Shown here in pieces: positions 18,975-28,249 of a DNA stretch of 60,458 bases; position 1 is the stretch's first letter, and each line of letters opens with the position of its first letter. The notes under the pieces were generated by a model that worked only from the letters and a program-made list of their open reading frames with translations, did no database searches and had not been told where the DNA came from. The stretch is from Spirochaetaceae bacterium. GTDB taxonomy: Bacteria > Spirochaetota > Spirochaetia > DSM-27196 > SLAA01. Position numbers and translations under genes: made by a program. The DNA lies in the NCBI GenBank assembly GCA_007695055.1, contig REEM01000110.1, positions 1-60,458 on the forward strand. Direction: 5' to 3'.

Positions 18975-20270
18975 TCAGCCAACAGTCGAGGCCAGTTCCC
19001 CGGCCGCCCGAATGCCGGAGAGATAGGCTCCGTGTGTGGTTGCCGGGTGTTGTCGGTGGGTGTGTTCACCGGCAAAGAAGAGGCGTCCGTCAACCGGTGC
19101 CGCAAGGTGTTTGTAGGCTTTGGGAGTCAGGCCTGGGGTGAGGGAGGAGTAGGAGCCGTGCGTGAAGGGGTCGCTGCCCCAGCGTGTTATGAGGTAGGCG
19201 CGCGGTTCCGGCACCGAGTTCTTATACATGTGGCCAAGCACGCTAAGTGCAGAGCTTAACACCTGTTCATCACTCCAGTCTTCAATGTGGCGTCCAAAGC
19301 GGCCTGCATTAAAGCCCAGGAGCACCGGCTCTCCAGTTGCCGGAAACAGGTTGAGCCACTCACACCATTCCCCCTTGTTCTCCGAGATGTGCCCAAGCAG
19401 GTGCACATCCTTCTCCCAGAAAACATGGTCAAACTGCAGATAGAGCTTGTTGAGTACACCAAAACCCATGCGCTTAACGACGCGCTCCTTTTTGGGAGGC
19501 AAGGGTGGGTCAAATGCAATGTCGCCTGTCTTAAGGACGCCGAGTGGCACCGCCACCACCGCCGCATTGCTCTGGAATGAAGCTGTCTCGGTGCTGACCC
19601 TTACACCGTTCTGCGACACAGATACACCCTTAACCACCTGCCCAAGACGGACATCAATGTCCTGGGCGATATACTGACTCAGCGCATCATAACCGTTGGG
19701 GAGCAGCACATCCGGCCCCTTATACTCCTCTGCATCGTCAAACCAGAATAGTGACAGCTCGCCAAGGTCGGCGGCGTACTCTTGTTCAATGCTAGAGTTC
19801 AGCACATAGTTGATTAGAGGGAGTTCCGATGCCGGAGTGTTCTTCTTTTTCAGGTGCTGCTCAAGGGCCGTCTGAATTGAGCAGTCCTTGTCGTAGTCGG
19901 CCTGCCAAGCCGCTATCTTTTTGTGGAGGCGCTCCATGGTCTTGTTGACCTGGCGGTTCTCGTCTTTGCTTAGCCGCCCACCGCTGCTCGTATAGCGGAC
20001 AGTGTTCAGGTAGTCGGTCTCAACACGCCGGGCCCCAATTTCCTTTGCGAGTTCATTCAACGGGTTGCCGCGCTTGTGGTGTATCCAGGAAGCACCAAGA
20101 TCCAGCGGAAGACCAAGCGACCTGTCGGTCCAAATGCGCCCGCCAATCCGCTCACGGGCCTCAAAAACTATGACCCGGTAGCCTTTGCGAGTGAGCTCAC
20201 GCGCAGCGCTCAGGCCCGCAATACCAGCACCAATAACGACTACATCGCTCTTCTCAAGCTTTTCGTTCAT
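18975..20270 (-). CDS. Flavin monoamine/polyamine oxidase family protein
   Basis: IGAGIAGLSAA, EARERIGGR, DLGASWIH, WGSDPFTHGSYS, FFAGEHT..TTHGAYLSG. Confidence 0.88.
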   Translation of the reverse strand: MNEKLEKSDVVVIGAGIAGLSAARELTRKGYRVIVFEARERIGGRIWTDRSLGLPLDLGASWIHHKRGNPLNELAKEIGARRVETDYLNTVRYTSSGGRLSKDENRQVNKTMERLHKKIAAWQADYDKDCSIQTALEQHLKKKNTPASELPLINYVLNSSIEQEYAADLGELSLFWFDDAEEYKGPDVLLPNGYDALSQYIAQDIDVRLGQVVKGVSVSQNGVRVSTETASFQSNAAVVAVPLGVLKTGDIAFDPPLPPKKERVVKRMGFGVLNKLYLQFDHVFWEKDVHLLGHISENKGEWCEWLNLFPATGEPVLLGFNAGRFGRHIEDWSDEQVLSSALSVLGHMYKNSVPEPRAYLITRWGSDPFTHGSYSSLTPGLTPKAYKHLAAPVDGRLFFAGEHTHRQHPATTHGAYLSGIRAAGELASTVG

Positions 20271-20312
20271 TGCATTATGCTCCTACTACTGCACCCTGCG
20301 ACGATCTTAAGC

Positions 20313-21395
20313 TTAACCTCCCGGCTGATGCAGGCAGGCAAGAATTCCCTGTTCGGTGATATCCAAGGCCTGAGTGGCATCCGGTTGACTGTCAAGATTT
20401 GGAACTGCATCCCGTGCAAAGATAAACTCAAGCAAGCTCTCGTTCGTATGCTGCACACTGCTTGTCTCTTCAATTTCGTCAATATCCAGGTGCTGGTCAA
20501 CAAGACTGAAGAGGCGGATGCCTTGTGGGCTTTTCACGTAGCCCTTAGCACGAACCGCCCCGGAAGAACGGAAGAATCGACTCAGCTCGTCCTCTTCAAA
20601 AACAAACGCGGCACCGAACCGCCACCCGCAGCTGAAGAAATCCTGGTCTCCGCCTGTCGTGCGCGACCATTCAATTGGTTGCAGAGTTTGGCCGGGCGTG
20701 TCCGACTCTGCTACAAGCGTAGGTTCTTGGACGATACTATCTTGCGACGCTGCCGCATGATGGTGCTTTGGCTTCTCAGCGCTGCGATGCGGGTTGTGTG
20801 GGAATTGCAAGTACTTGTCGGGTGGGCTTCCACGTTCGGATAGGCCTATGAAGTCTTTTGCTGGCTGAAATGAGTGGGCAAAGGTGTGGAAGTTCTCGAG
20901 TTGTCGTGCATCGCACAGATCCACTTTGCTTGCCAAAAGTACGTCGGCTACGAAGGCCTGGTCGCGAAACAAGGCATTTTGAGTGTAGCGAGGGTCGTCA
21001 AGCCTCCGCGGATCAATAAGGCAGATAATGCTCTGTAGCTCTATCACATTGCGGTAGTGCTCTTCTTGGAGCATTGCTAAGAGTTGGGTTGGATGTCCGA
21101 GTCCGGTGGGTTCAATGATGATGCGCTGAGGGCGGGTCTTACGAATGAGCATTGTGAGCGCGATCTGGGTCGGCAGACTTGCGGTACAGCACATGCATCC
21201 ACCTGCAACCTCTTTTACCGCAGCGCCGGAAACCGTTTTGCCATCAATGCCCACCTGACCAAACTCGTTAATGAGAACGCCCCAGGGCTCCGAAGGATCT
21301 TTGTTGTCGAGCAAACTCTGAATACGTGTTGTCTTCCCACAACCCAAGAAACCCATAACGATATTGGTTGGTATAGCCTGTATAGGTGTGTCCAT
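20313..21395 (-). CDS. Second COG0523/CobW-family GTPase (YeiR-like)
   Basis: GFLGCGKTT, INEFGQVGIDG, GGCMCC, IEPTGLGHP, SKVD, short His stretch, RAKG. Confidence 0.88.
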   Translation of the reverse strand: MDTPIQAIPTNIVMGFLGCGKTTRIQSLLDNKDPSEPWGVLINEFGQVGIDGKTVSGAAVKEVAGGCMCCTASLPTQIALTMLIRKTRPQRIIIEPTGLGHPTQLLAMLQEEHYRNVIELQSIICLIDPRRLDDPRYTQNALFRDQAFVADVLLASKVDLCDARQLENFHTFAHSFQPAKDFIGLSERGSPPDKYLQFPHNPHRSAEKPKHHHAAASQDSIVQEPTLVAESDTPGQTLQPIEWSRTTGGDQDFFSCGWRFGAAFVFEEDELSRFFRSSGAVRAKGYVKSPQGIRLFSLVDQHLDIDEIEETSSVQHTNESLLEFIFARDAVPNLDSQPDATQALDITEQGILACLHQPGG

Positions 21396-21400
21396 GTGGC

Positions 21401-21910
21401 TCAGGCTTCGGTTGTAGAACCGAACTCACGTGGGCTGCACAGTTCCGGTAATCCCATATTCCGAATCTGCGCTACGTGGTAGGTGTCATGCGCAGGCATC
21501 CAAATAATTGCTTCACGAACGCTACACTCCCATTCCTCAATTCGGCGTTCTAAGTCATGGACTGACAGCTTCTGTAGCACAGCGATATAGGTGTCATGCA
21601 CTTTCTCTGCGTAGTCAAGCGCGGCTTGCCAGGCATGCTCCGAGGTGTCAGGAATCGGCGGGAAACTGCCTTCCTGCCACGGGTACGGCAGAAGTGTTTC
21701 AGCTGCCCCAAGAAACCGGGTGAGATGAAACTTAAAGAATACGCAGTGGATAAGATTTTCCCATGCAGAGTACCCCTCATAAGTGTCACGTGACGCCGCA
21801 GTTGACGCTGAAAGAGGCCGAAGTGTTTCCATGAGAGAATATCCGTTAAAGGTGTGCCCGCGAAACTCACGTTCGCTTTGCTCAATAATCAACTCAAAAA
21901 TAGCTAACAT
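21401..21910 (-). CDS. DinB/YfiT-like protein
   Basis: SAWENLIH and HDTYHVAQI His triad; start placed at ATG 21910. Confidence 0.8.
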   Translation of the reverse strand: MLAIFELIIEQSEREFRGHTFNGYSLMETLRPLSASTAASRDTYEGYSAWENLIHCVFFKFHLTRFLGAAETLLPYPWQEGSFPPIPDTSEHAWQAALDYAEKVHDTYIAVLQKLSVHDLERRIEEWECSVREAIIWMPAHDTYHVAQIRNMGLPELCSPREFGSTTEA

Positions 21911-21916
21911 ACAACG

Positions 21917-21946
21917 AAGGTAACACAAAGTAATACTTTATGGCAA
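21917..21946 (-). promoter_or_regulatory. Promoter TTGCCA-18-TACCTT with 17-bp operator GTATTACTTTGTGTTAC (21920-21936)
   Basis: Third copy of the shared motif; ATG 6 nt downstream of the -10. Confidence 0.65.
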
Positions 21947-22002
21947 CGGTTATACAGCGGCTATAGGCGGCTGTCGCACCCGCACAGCTCTTGCACCGTA
22001 CC

Positions 22003-22383
22003 CTATCTGCGACTACTCGCGCATTTACTGCACAGTCCCCTTAGCACGATGTCGTGAGCTTCAAGCGTAAACCCGTGGGGTGTGAGTTGCTGTAGTCCGT
22101 CCACGCAACCATGAACCGCAAATGCCCGTTCACAAACTCGACATACGAAGAAATGATGATGTTCTTTTCCGCTGCGTTCATAGCGACAAGCCTCGCCTGG
22201 TATTTCCACTCGTATAAGCCAGCCGATCTCTGAAAGAGCAGCTAGTGTTCGGTAAACGGTGGCAATGCTGAGCTTGGGTACTTCTACTTGAGTAATCTCA
22301 AGAACCTCAACCGGTGAGAGTGCCCGCTCGCAGGTCTCAAAGGTGTTCTTGATAGCTTCTCGCTGTTTAGTTTGACGCTCCAC
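22003..22383 (-). CDS. Fur-family regulator (probable Zur)
   Basis: TKQREAI, SIATVYRTL, HHHFFVCRVC, C-terminal CxxC; GTG start. Confidence 0.85.
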   Translation of the reverse strand: MERQTKQREAIKNTFETCERALSPVEVLEITQVEVPKLSIATVYRTLAALSEIGWLIRVEIPGEACRYERSGKEHHHFFVCRVCERAFAVHGCVDGLQQLTPHGFTLEAHDIVLRGLCSKCASSRR

Positions 22384-22471
22384 CGTCGTAGTGTACCTGA
22401 AGACTACAGAAGCGAACAAGAGCAAAGTTGACCGTGCTTGTTTCCTGAGCCGTTTGCAATAAGCAGAGGAA

Positions 22472-23245
22472 TCAGATCACTACTTGTTTGCGTGGTAGCA
22501 CATACACGTGCTCTTGATGGGAAATGATCAAGGGACGTATGCCGTAGGTGGACTGCAGTTGCTCTTGGTTTAGCACATCGCGAGGGTGCCCTGTGGCCCT
22601 GCATCGTCCATCTTCAAGAAGAAGCACTGAGTCGCAGTACAACGAAGCAAGGTTCAAGTCATGCAAGACGAGCACCGTTATAAGTTCCTGTTCCTTCGTC
22701 TTGCGGTGGATCAGATCAAGGATTTCGATCTGATGTTTCAGGTCGAGATTATTGGTCATTTCGTCGAACACCAGCACGCTGGTGTCTCGGCATAAGCTTC
22801 GTGCAATGAGAACTTTCTGGCGCTCGCCTCCGCTTAGCGATGCAACGAACCGGTTGGTGAGTTTCGTTATGCCTAGTTCGGCAATAATCTCGTCGACCCG
22901 CTGGTAGTCCACGGAGCGTGGCCGCCAACGGAAACGAGGAACTCGTCCCAGGAGGATCGCTTCGTACACCGAAAGCCCGGGAGCCGGGATAAGACTCTGC
23001 GGAATATACGAGATAGCTAATGCTCTCTTCTTGAGCGTCATGTGTCCAAGGTTGTGTCCATCCAAGACGACGCGACCTTCTGCAGGCGGCAGAATGTGTT
23101 GCAGGCATTTGACTAGTGTTGACTTTCCGCTGCCGTTGGGCCCGAGGATACCAAGTACTGTACCGGATGCACAGCATAGACTGACATCGTGAAGTACCGG
23201 CCTGTCTTTGTAGGAAAAACACAGCTTGTCTGCTTCCAAGATCAC
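22472..23245 (-). CDS. Fe-chelate/cobalamin ABC transporter ATPase
   Basis: GPNGSGKS, LSGGERQK, NNLDLKHQ, LHDLNLA. Confidence 0.88.
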   Translation of the reverse strand: MILEADKLCFSYKDRPVLHDVSLCCASGTVLGILGPNGSGKSTLVKCLQHILPPAEGRVVLDGHNLGHMTLKKRALAISYIPQSLIPAPGLSVYEAILLGRVPRFRWRPRSVDYQRVDEIIAELGITKLTNRFVASLSGGERQKVLIARSLCRDTSVLVFDEMTNNLDLKHQIEILDLIHRKTKEQELITVLVLHDLNLASLYCDSVLLLEDGRCRATGHPRDVLNQEQLQSTYGIRPLIISHQEHVYVLPRKQVVI

Positions 23246-24246
23246 TCAAAGGCTCCGTTACCGCTTCTGAGAATAAGATGCAAAAAGAGTGGGACTCCAA
23301 GGAAAGAAACAATGATACCCACCGGAATCTGCACGGGGGCTAAGATGGTGCGGCCAAGTGTGTCTCCAACCACCAAGAGCAGAGCGCCGACTATCGCTGA
23401 ATGAGGTAGCAGATGCCGATGATCAACTCCAACAAGCATGCGTGATATGTGAGGCGCCACCAGACCAATAAAGCCGATAACCCCGGTGAAACTAATAATG
23501 GCCGCGGTCAAAAGAACTGCCGTCCCTCCGCTGATCATACGAATAAGGCGCGGATGCACTCCAAGGCTCTTTGCCACTTCATCATCGTTGCCGTGCATCA
23601 CATTCAGGGGCCAGGCGATAAAGAGCAAGACCGGGAGTGCAGTCAACAAAAGAATTCCGGGAATTGCTGTATGAGACCATTGCGCTCCGTTGAGGCTTCC
23701 AAAGGTCCAGGATACCACCGCCGAGAGCTGGTATTCCTGTGAAACGAACTGCACCCCAGCACTGAGCGCGCTAAAGAGATAACTCAGTGCTAACCCCGTG
23801 AGGACAAGCGTGACCGGGCTCAGCCCTGCTTTTCCTGCAATGAGAAAGACAACAAGCGCACACAGCAGCGCGCAACCAAAGGCCGTGGCAACGACTCCCA
23901 TGCGGGTCCCAGGAAACGGGGTCAAGTTAAAGACAATAGCCAAAGATGCTCCAAATGACGCAGCCGAGGAGAGTCCCAAGGTAAACGGGCTTACAAGTGG
24001 GTTGCGCGTGATCCCCTGCATCGCCGTGCCGGACAAAGCAAGCCCAGCACCCGCGAACAGACCTAAGAACAGGCGAGGGAGTCTGAGGTGATATAGGATT
24101 TTCCCTTGGGTGTCCAGTTCAGCTCTCCCAATCATTCTCAAGACTGACACACTCAACTCCGGAGGGGACATGGTCTGACTACCTAGGCTGAGCGAGACCA
24201 GGGAGGCTATGAGGAGAAGGCCGCCAGCCGGTAAGACATGCAACAA
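23242..24246 (-). CDS. FecCD/BtuC-family permease
   Basis: LRLPR, MQGITRNPLVSPFTLG, IGFIGLVAPH, IPVGI. Confidence 0.9.
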   Translation of the reverse strand: MLHVLPAGGLLLIASLVSLSLGSQTMSPPELSVSVLRMIGRAELDTQGKILYHLRLPRLFLGLFAGAGLALSGTAMQGITRNPLVSPFTLGLSSAASFGASLAIVFNLTPFPGTRMGVVATAFGCALLCALVVFLIAGKAGLSPVTLVLTGLALSYLFSALSAGVQFVSQEYQLSAVVSWTFGSLNGAQWSHTAIPGILLLTALPVLLFIAWPLNVMHGNDDEVAKSLGVHPRLIRMISGGTAVLLTAAIISFTGVIGFIGLVAPHISRMLVGVDHRHLLPHSAIVGALLLVVGDTLGRTILAPVQIPVGIIVSFLGVPLFLHLILRSGNGAFE

Positions 24247-24313
24247 GAACGCTCTTCCTGAAGCACTTCGGGGTCTTAAAGGATCTATACCGGCGGCCCA
24301 AGTGTTTGTTCTT

Positions 24314-25456
24314 CTAACGTGGGACAGGATAGAAATGTCCCTCTACGAAATGGAATCCTTGAAAGTCCTCCATCCATCGCCGCTCGACCTCGACTGGGTC
24401 TAAGTCGGGCAAGAGATCGCCGTAGATCCATTTTGCCATATACGCTGCGCCCACAAGCTTTGATGCTCCACCATGACCAAACTGACTCATCACGTATACC
24501 TCGTTGTTTTGAACGGCCGCTATGTCTTCCCACGCGGGTCGATTTTTCATCTCGTTGATAACTCGACGGCGCTGCTCAATAAGAGGAGCTTCCGATAATC
24601 CCGTACCTCTAAGAGCGTGATCCGGGGTGATCATTTTCACAATGACATCGGGGTCTTCACGGATCACATCTTCCGGGTCAATGACCGTTCCCGTAATGCC
24701 GTGAGGGCGCGTCCGGAAAATATGCTCACCATGTGAGAAGCGCACCATGTCGTAGAAAAAGTCACCTTCAAAGGTCGTGGCAAATTCATTAAGCGTTTCC
24801 AGGAAAACGGTTCGGCGGGGCTGCCCTTCAAGGCTGCGCGCTATGTAGGAAAGTACTTCGTTATACCAATCCATAAATTCTTGAGCGGCTTCTTCCTCTT
24901 GGAAAACCTTTCCAAGGTTTGTAACTTGATTAATGAAGTCCGCAGTGTCGTAGCCGGAAACTACCAAGACTTCAATTCCGAAGGGGGCAAGGACTTCTTG
25001 GGCCTCTTCCCAACTACCATTTTTGGGAAGAATGAGTACTTGCGGATCTAGTTCAATGATTTTTTCGTAGTTGAGCTCGCGTTGACCGCGGCCAATTGTT
25101 TGTTCTGGATTGAACTCCTTCCAGAACTCCCGGTCTTGAGCTGTGTTCATGTCTACAGCGATGACTCGATCATTTGCGCCAATTGCGCGGATGAGCTCAC
25201 TGTTGAAGCGGAGTGCAACAGCCGCGCGTTCGACAGGCAGCGCAACTGTTACCGTCCGTTCGGCATTGTCAACGACAGTTACGGTATCCTGAGACTGGCT
25301 GTCGGCATTGCCCTCTTGTCTACCCGCGGCCTCTGCGGAGACCAGGCCTGTAAGCATAAACGCAAGTACAAGGACGCTGAGTATCAGACTGTGAGATTGA
25401 TACTTCTGTGCCCTTTTTTGATGACGCGAAGAAAGCAAGGAATAAACTCGTCTCAT
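24314..25456 (-). CDS. Class III (Fe-chelate/B12-type) substrate-binding protein
   Basis: Signal peptide, VVDNAERTVT, NYEKIIELDP, DPDVIV, RPAWEDIAAVQNNEVY; AAGGAG RBS before ATG 25456. Confidence 0.85.
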   Translation of the reverse strand: MRRVYSLLSSRHQKRAQKYQSHSLILSVLVLAFMLTGLVSAEAAGRQEGNADSQSQDTVTVVDNAERTVTVALPVERAAVALRFNSELIRAIGANDRVIAVDMNTAQDREFWKEFNPEQTIGRGQRELNYEKIIELDPQVLILPKNGSWEEAQEVLAPFGIEVLVVSGYDTADFINQVTNLGKVFQEEEAAQEFMDWYNEVLSYIARSLEGQPRRTVFLETLNEFATTFEGDFFYDMVRFSHGEHIFRTRPHGITGTVIDPEDVIREDPDVIVKMITPDHALRGTGLSEAPLIEQRRRVINEMKNRPAWEDIAAVQNNEVYVMSQFGHGGASKLVGAAYMAKWIYGDLLPDLDPVEVERRWMEDFQGFHFVEGHFYPVPR

Positions 25457-25591
25457 ATTAACTCTCCTTAATGCTATTAATAACGCATAATCAATAAGAA
25501 GAGTCAAGGATATCTTTAGATTCGGTTCACGTGGAGCGCAAATATTCGCCAATGCCCAAGCGCCGATGGAAGCCTGTCATTTTTGGAATGC

Positions 25592-25921
25592 TCACTCCTC
25601 AATCTGGAGCGCTACCTTAAGTGCCGCCGACAGTTCCGCGAGTTTTCTGTGGCTCAGTGATCCGACGAAGTCGGTGAGGTTGCTTTTTGCTATGCTAACC
25701 AGGCTGTCACAATGGATACAACTTGAATGCTTGAGTCCTTCGGCGACGCCAACGCTTACCTGCGAGGCCAGCCCGCTGTTGTTGGAATAGACAGGTGCAC
25801 ATATTACGGTTGCGTACTGCGACTCAATCACTACCTTTCGGTTTACAACCACAAATGCACGTTGTCGTTTCGGATCAGTCTTGCCTGGTTTTTTTACCAG
25901 GAAGATGTCGCCACGATTCAT
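25592..25921 (-). CDS. mazF: MazF/PemK toxin
   Basis: MNRGDIFLV..KRQRAFVVV..GLKHSSCIHCD. Confidence 0.88.
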   Translation of the reverse strand: MNRGDIFLVKKPGKTDPKRQRAFVVVNRKVVIESQYATVICAPVYSNNSGLASQVSVGVAEGLKHSSCIHCDSLVSIAKSNLTDFVGSLSHRKLAELSAALKVALQIEE

Positions 25922-26145
25922 TCATTGGCCTGAAAGCCAAGCACGTCTATCGCTTCCTCATTGAGCTCATCCGCGTTAGCATTGATTATTTCAAGTTCCT
26001 TCTGGTCCCTTTTCTCCCGTTGATACCGGCGGAGATGGTGCCACGCAGCCTCTTCAATAAACGCTGACCTATTCGCGTGATTGGTCTCTGCAGAGATTGC
26101 TTTGAGAAGCTTTTCCGAGAGCGTAACAGAAGTCTTTACTTTCAT
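25918..26145 (-). CDS. mazE: RHH antitoxin (MazE-like)
   Basis: MKVKTSVTLSEKLL..NRSAFIEEA; ATGA overlap with mazF; promoter TTGTCG-17-TATATT with ATACCACT direct repeats. Confidence 0.8.
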   Translation of the reverse strand: MKVKTSVTLSEKLLKAISAETNHANRSAFIEEAAWHHLRRYQREKRDQKELEIINANADELNEEAIDVLGFQANE

Positions 26146-26259
26146 ACCACTAATATACCACTTCGGGCGATCTGCGACAATATTTGGGGGTACAACGTGA
26201 CCCTTGCACCCGACGCTTTTTCCCTTGTCCCACCCGCGTAGCGTGGTACAATCTCCTTC

Positions 26260-27495
26260 ATGAAAATACTCCTTGCAGATGCATTTCCAGAACAACAGCA
26301 GGCGGCGCTCCGGAGCGCCGGTTGTACCGTTGTGTGTGAGCCCGGCCTCAAGGGTGACTCCTTGGTGGAAACTATGGGCGGGCAGCAGCCTGATATTCTG
26401 GTAGTCCGCTCAACCAAGGTGCCCGAGGCTGCCATCGCCGCCCATCCGGGGCTGAGCCTTATTGTCCGGGCCGGAGCAGGCTACGACACCATAGATGTAG
26501 AAGCCGCCTCCGCGCGGAGCGTCTACGTGGCAAACTGTCCCGGTATGAACTCCATAGCCGTGGCGGAGCTGGCCTTTGGCCTCATTCTGAGTCTGGACCG
26601 GCGTATTCCTGACAACGTGGCGGACCTGCGCAGCGGTGTCTGGAACAAGGGTGAGTACTCCAAGGCAGAGGGGCTGTACGGCAAGACCTTGGGTATTGTT
26701 GGTCTGGGGCGCATTGCCGGTGAGCTGGTGGAACGCGCCCAGGCCTTTGGCATGAAGACCGTGGCATGGAGTCGCTCGCTTTCGGCGGCCGGGGCTGCTG
26801 GAGATACCGCGCGGGCAGCGGCGGCAGCGGCTGGTATTGCGGTGCTGGACTCACCGGAGGCGGTGGCCGCCGCTTCAGATGTAGTAAGCCTTCATGTGGC
26901 GTCCACCGCCGAGACCCACGGTCTAGCCGGGGCGGCATTCTTCAAGGCAATGAAGCCGGGAGCCTACTTCATTAACACCTCCCGGGCCGAGACGGTGGAC
27001 GAGGGTGCCCTGCGACAGGCGGTTGCAGAGAAAGGCATTCGTGTCGGTGTAGATGTCTTTGACGGGGAGCCTGCGGGTAAGGACGGCGAGGTACAGAGTG
27101 ACCTTTTCGCGCTGCCAGGGGTCTACGGAACTCACCACATTGGGGCCTCTACCGAGCAGGCGCAGGATGCGGTGGCCGACGAGGTTGTCCGGATTGTGAG
27201 TAGCTATATGAGCACCGGCAATGCGCCCAACGTTGTGAACCGCATGGAGAAGACTCCGGCCAAGTACCTGGTTTCGGTGCATCACCGCAACCGCGTTGGT
27301 GTGCTTGCCTCGGTACTACAGGTGATTAAGCAACACGGCATTAACGTGGACGGCATGGAGAATGTTCTCTTCCAGGGTGGTGAGGGTGCGTGTGCCAACA
27401 TCCAGATAGAGTCGGCGCTCTCCCCGGAAGGCCTGGATGCGGTCACCTCGGCCCATAGCGATATCTTCTCAGCGACCATGCACGAGATTCCCTGA
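26260..27495 (+). CDS. serA: D-3-phosphoglycerate/2-hydroxyacid dehydrogenase with ACT domain
   Basis: RAGAGYD, VAEL, GLGRIA, NTSRA, DVFDGEP, HIGASTEQAQ, C-terminal HRNRVGVLA ACT. Confidence 0.8.
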   Translation: MKILLADAFPEQQQAALRSAGCTVVCEPGLKGDSLVETMGGQQPDILVVRSTKVPEAAIAAHPGLSLIVRAGAGYDTIDVEAASARSVYVANCPGMNSIAVAELAFGLILSLDRRIPDNVADLRSGVWNKGEYSKAEGLYGKTLGIVGLGRIAGELVERAQAFGMKTVAWSRSLSAAGAAGDTARAAAAAAGIAVLDSPEAVAAASDVVSLHVASTAETHGLAGAAFFKAMKPGAYFINTSRAETVDEGALRQAVAEKGIRVGVDVFDGEPAGKDGEVQSDLFALPGVYGTHHIGASTEQAQDAVADEVVRIVSSYMSTGNAPNVVNRMEKTPAKYLVSVHHRNRVGVLASVLQVIKQHGINVDGMENVLFQGGEGACANIQIESALSPEGLDAVTSAHSDIFSATMHEIP

Positions 27496-27554
27496 GGCCG
27501 TGGTATGGAGTTACCCGGACGAGCCGGGGACTTCCTTACGCTCAGCAGTCTCAG

Positions 27555-28058
27555 CTACTTCTTTGTGGACTTGGCCGCTGGTTTTGAGGCGGCCTTGGTC
27601 GCTGGCTTTGAAGATTTAGGGGAAGCCGGAGATGCTGGCTTTGCTTTCGTGTTTGCTTTCGGTGCCTTAGTCGCCTCTTTCCAGCTAGCGGTGAAGGTGG
27701 AAAAGCGCATAGTTGGTTTAGCCTTGCTGCCGTCGGGCATACGTAATTCAACCGAGGCCGGGGGCAGTCCCATAGCCCGCGCGAGACGGTCTCTCAGGGT
27801 GCCGACCGCACCGTTGGGCTTTATCTGCACAACCGGGTTGAGCGAGCCCTCATCGCGATAGCTGTCTGCTGTGGTGCTCTCATGAGCGGCCCAAACCTCG
27901 CGAAGCGTTCCTACCTCCATATCCGAGCGGGCGTCGCTTCCGCCCGGCTTGACTATAACGTAGGAACCGGAGGGGAGTACCTCATTAAAAATCCGCTTAC
28001 TCTCTGCGGTACCAACCTTGGCGTCGGCTCTTAATACCTTGGCAGTGATCTTGGTCAT
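27555..28058 (-). CDS. Hypothetical protein: two tandem small repeats + K/A/P-rich histone-H1-like tail
   Basis: Internal duplication (ADAKVGT..LPSGS..PGG..R..VGTLREVW / NGAVGTL..GLPPAS..PDG..FSTFTASW); GGGAAGAG upstream. Confidence 0.7.
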   Translation of the reverse strand: MTKITAKVLRADAKVGTAESKRIFNEVLPSGSYVIVKPGGSDARSDMEVGTLREVWAAHESTTADSYRDEGSLNPVVQIKPNGAVGTLRDRLARAMGLPPASVELRMPDGSKAKPTMRFSTFTASWKEATKAPKANTKAKPASPASPKSSKPATKAASKPAAKSTKK

Positions 28059-28249
28059 GGGCTCTTCCCCTTAATGGCTTCTTGAATATCGTGCTGCCGC
28101 ATATGTTTGCACCCATAGCTGTTTTCTGTCAAGCAAACAAACTGCACCTACCCTGACAAATGTCATATGCAATTTTTGACAATTTGCATCTGTTCGAGTG
28201 GGGCTTTTACTTCTACACTTGCGGGTAGATTGAAAGGTGGAGGACTCTT

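Noticed and set aside
25457-25590. Cobalamin riboswitch before the BtuF-like operon
   Set aside because: No B12-box or recognisable conserved elements seen; leader appears short
25918-26295. Long ORF-track starts (e.g. 26295, 8327, 33508, 45551, 42774)
   Set aside because: They overlap neighbouring genes or promoters; shorter starts fit family N-termini and promoter/RBS signals
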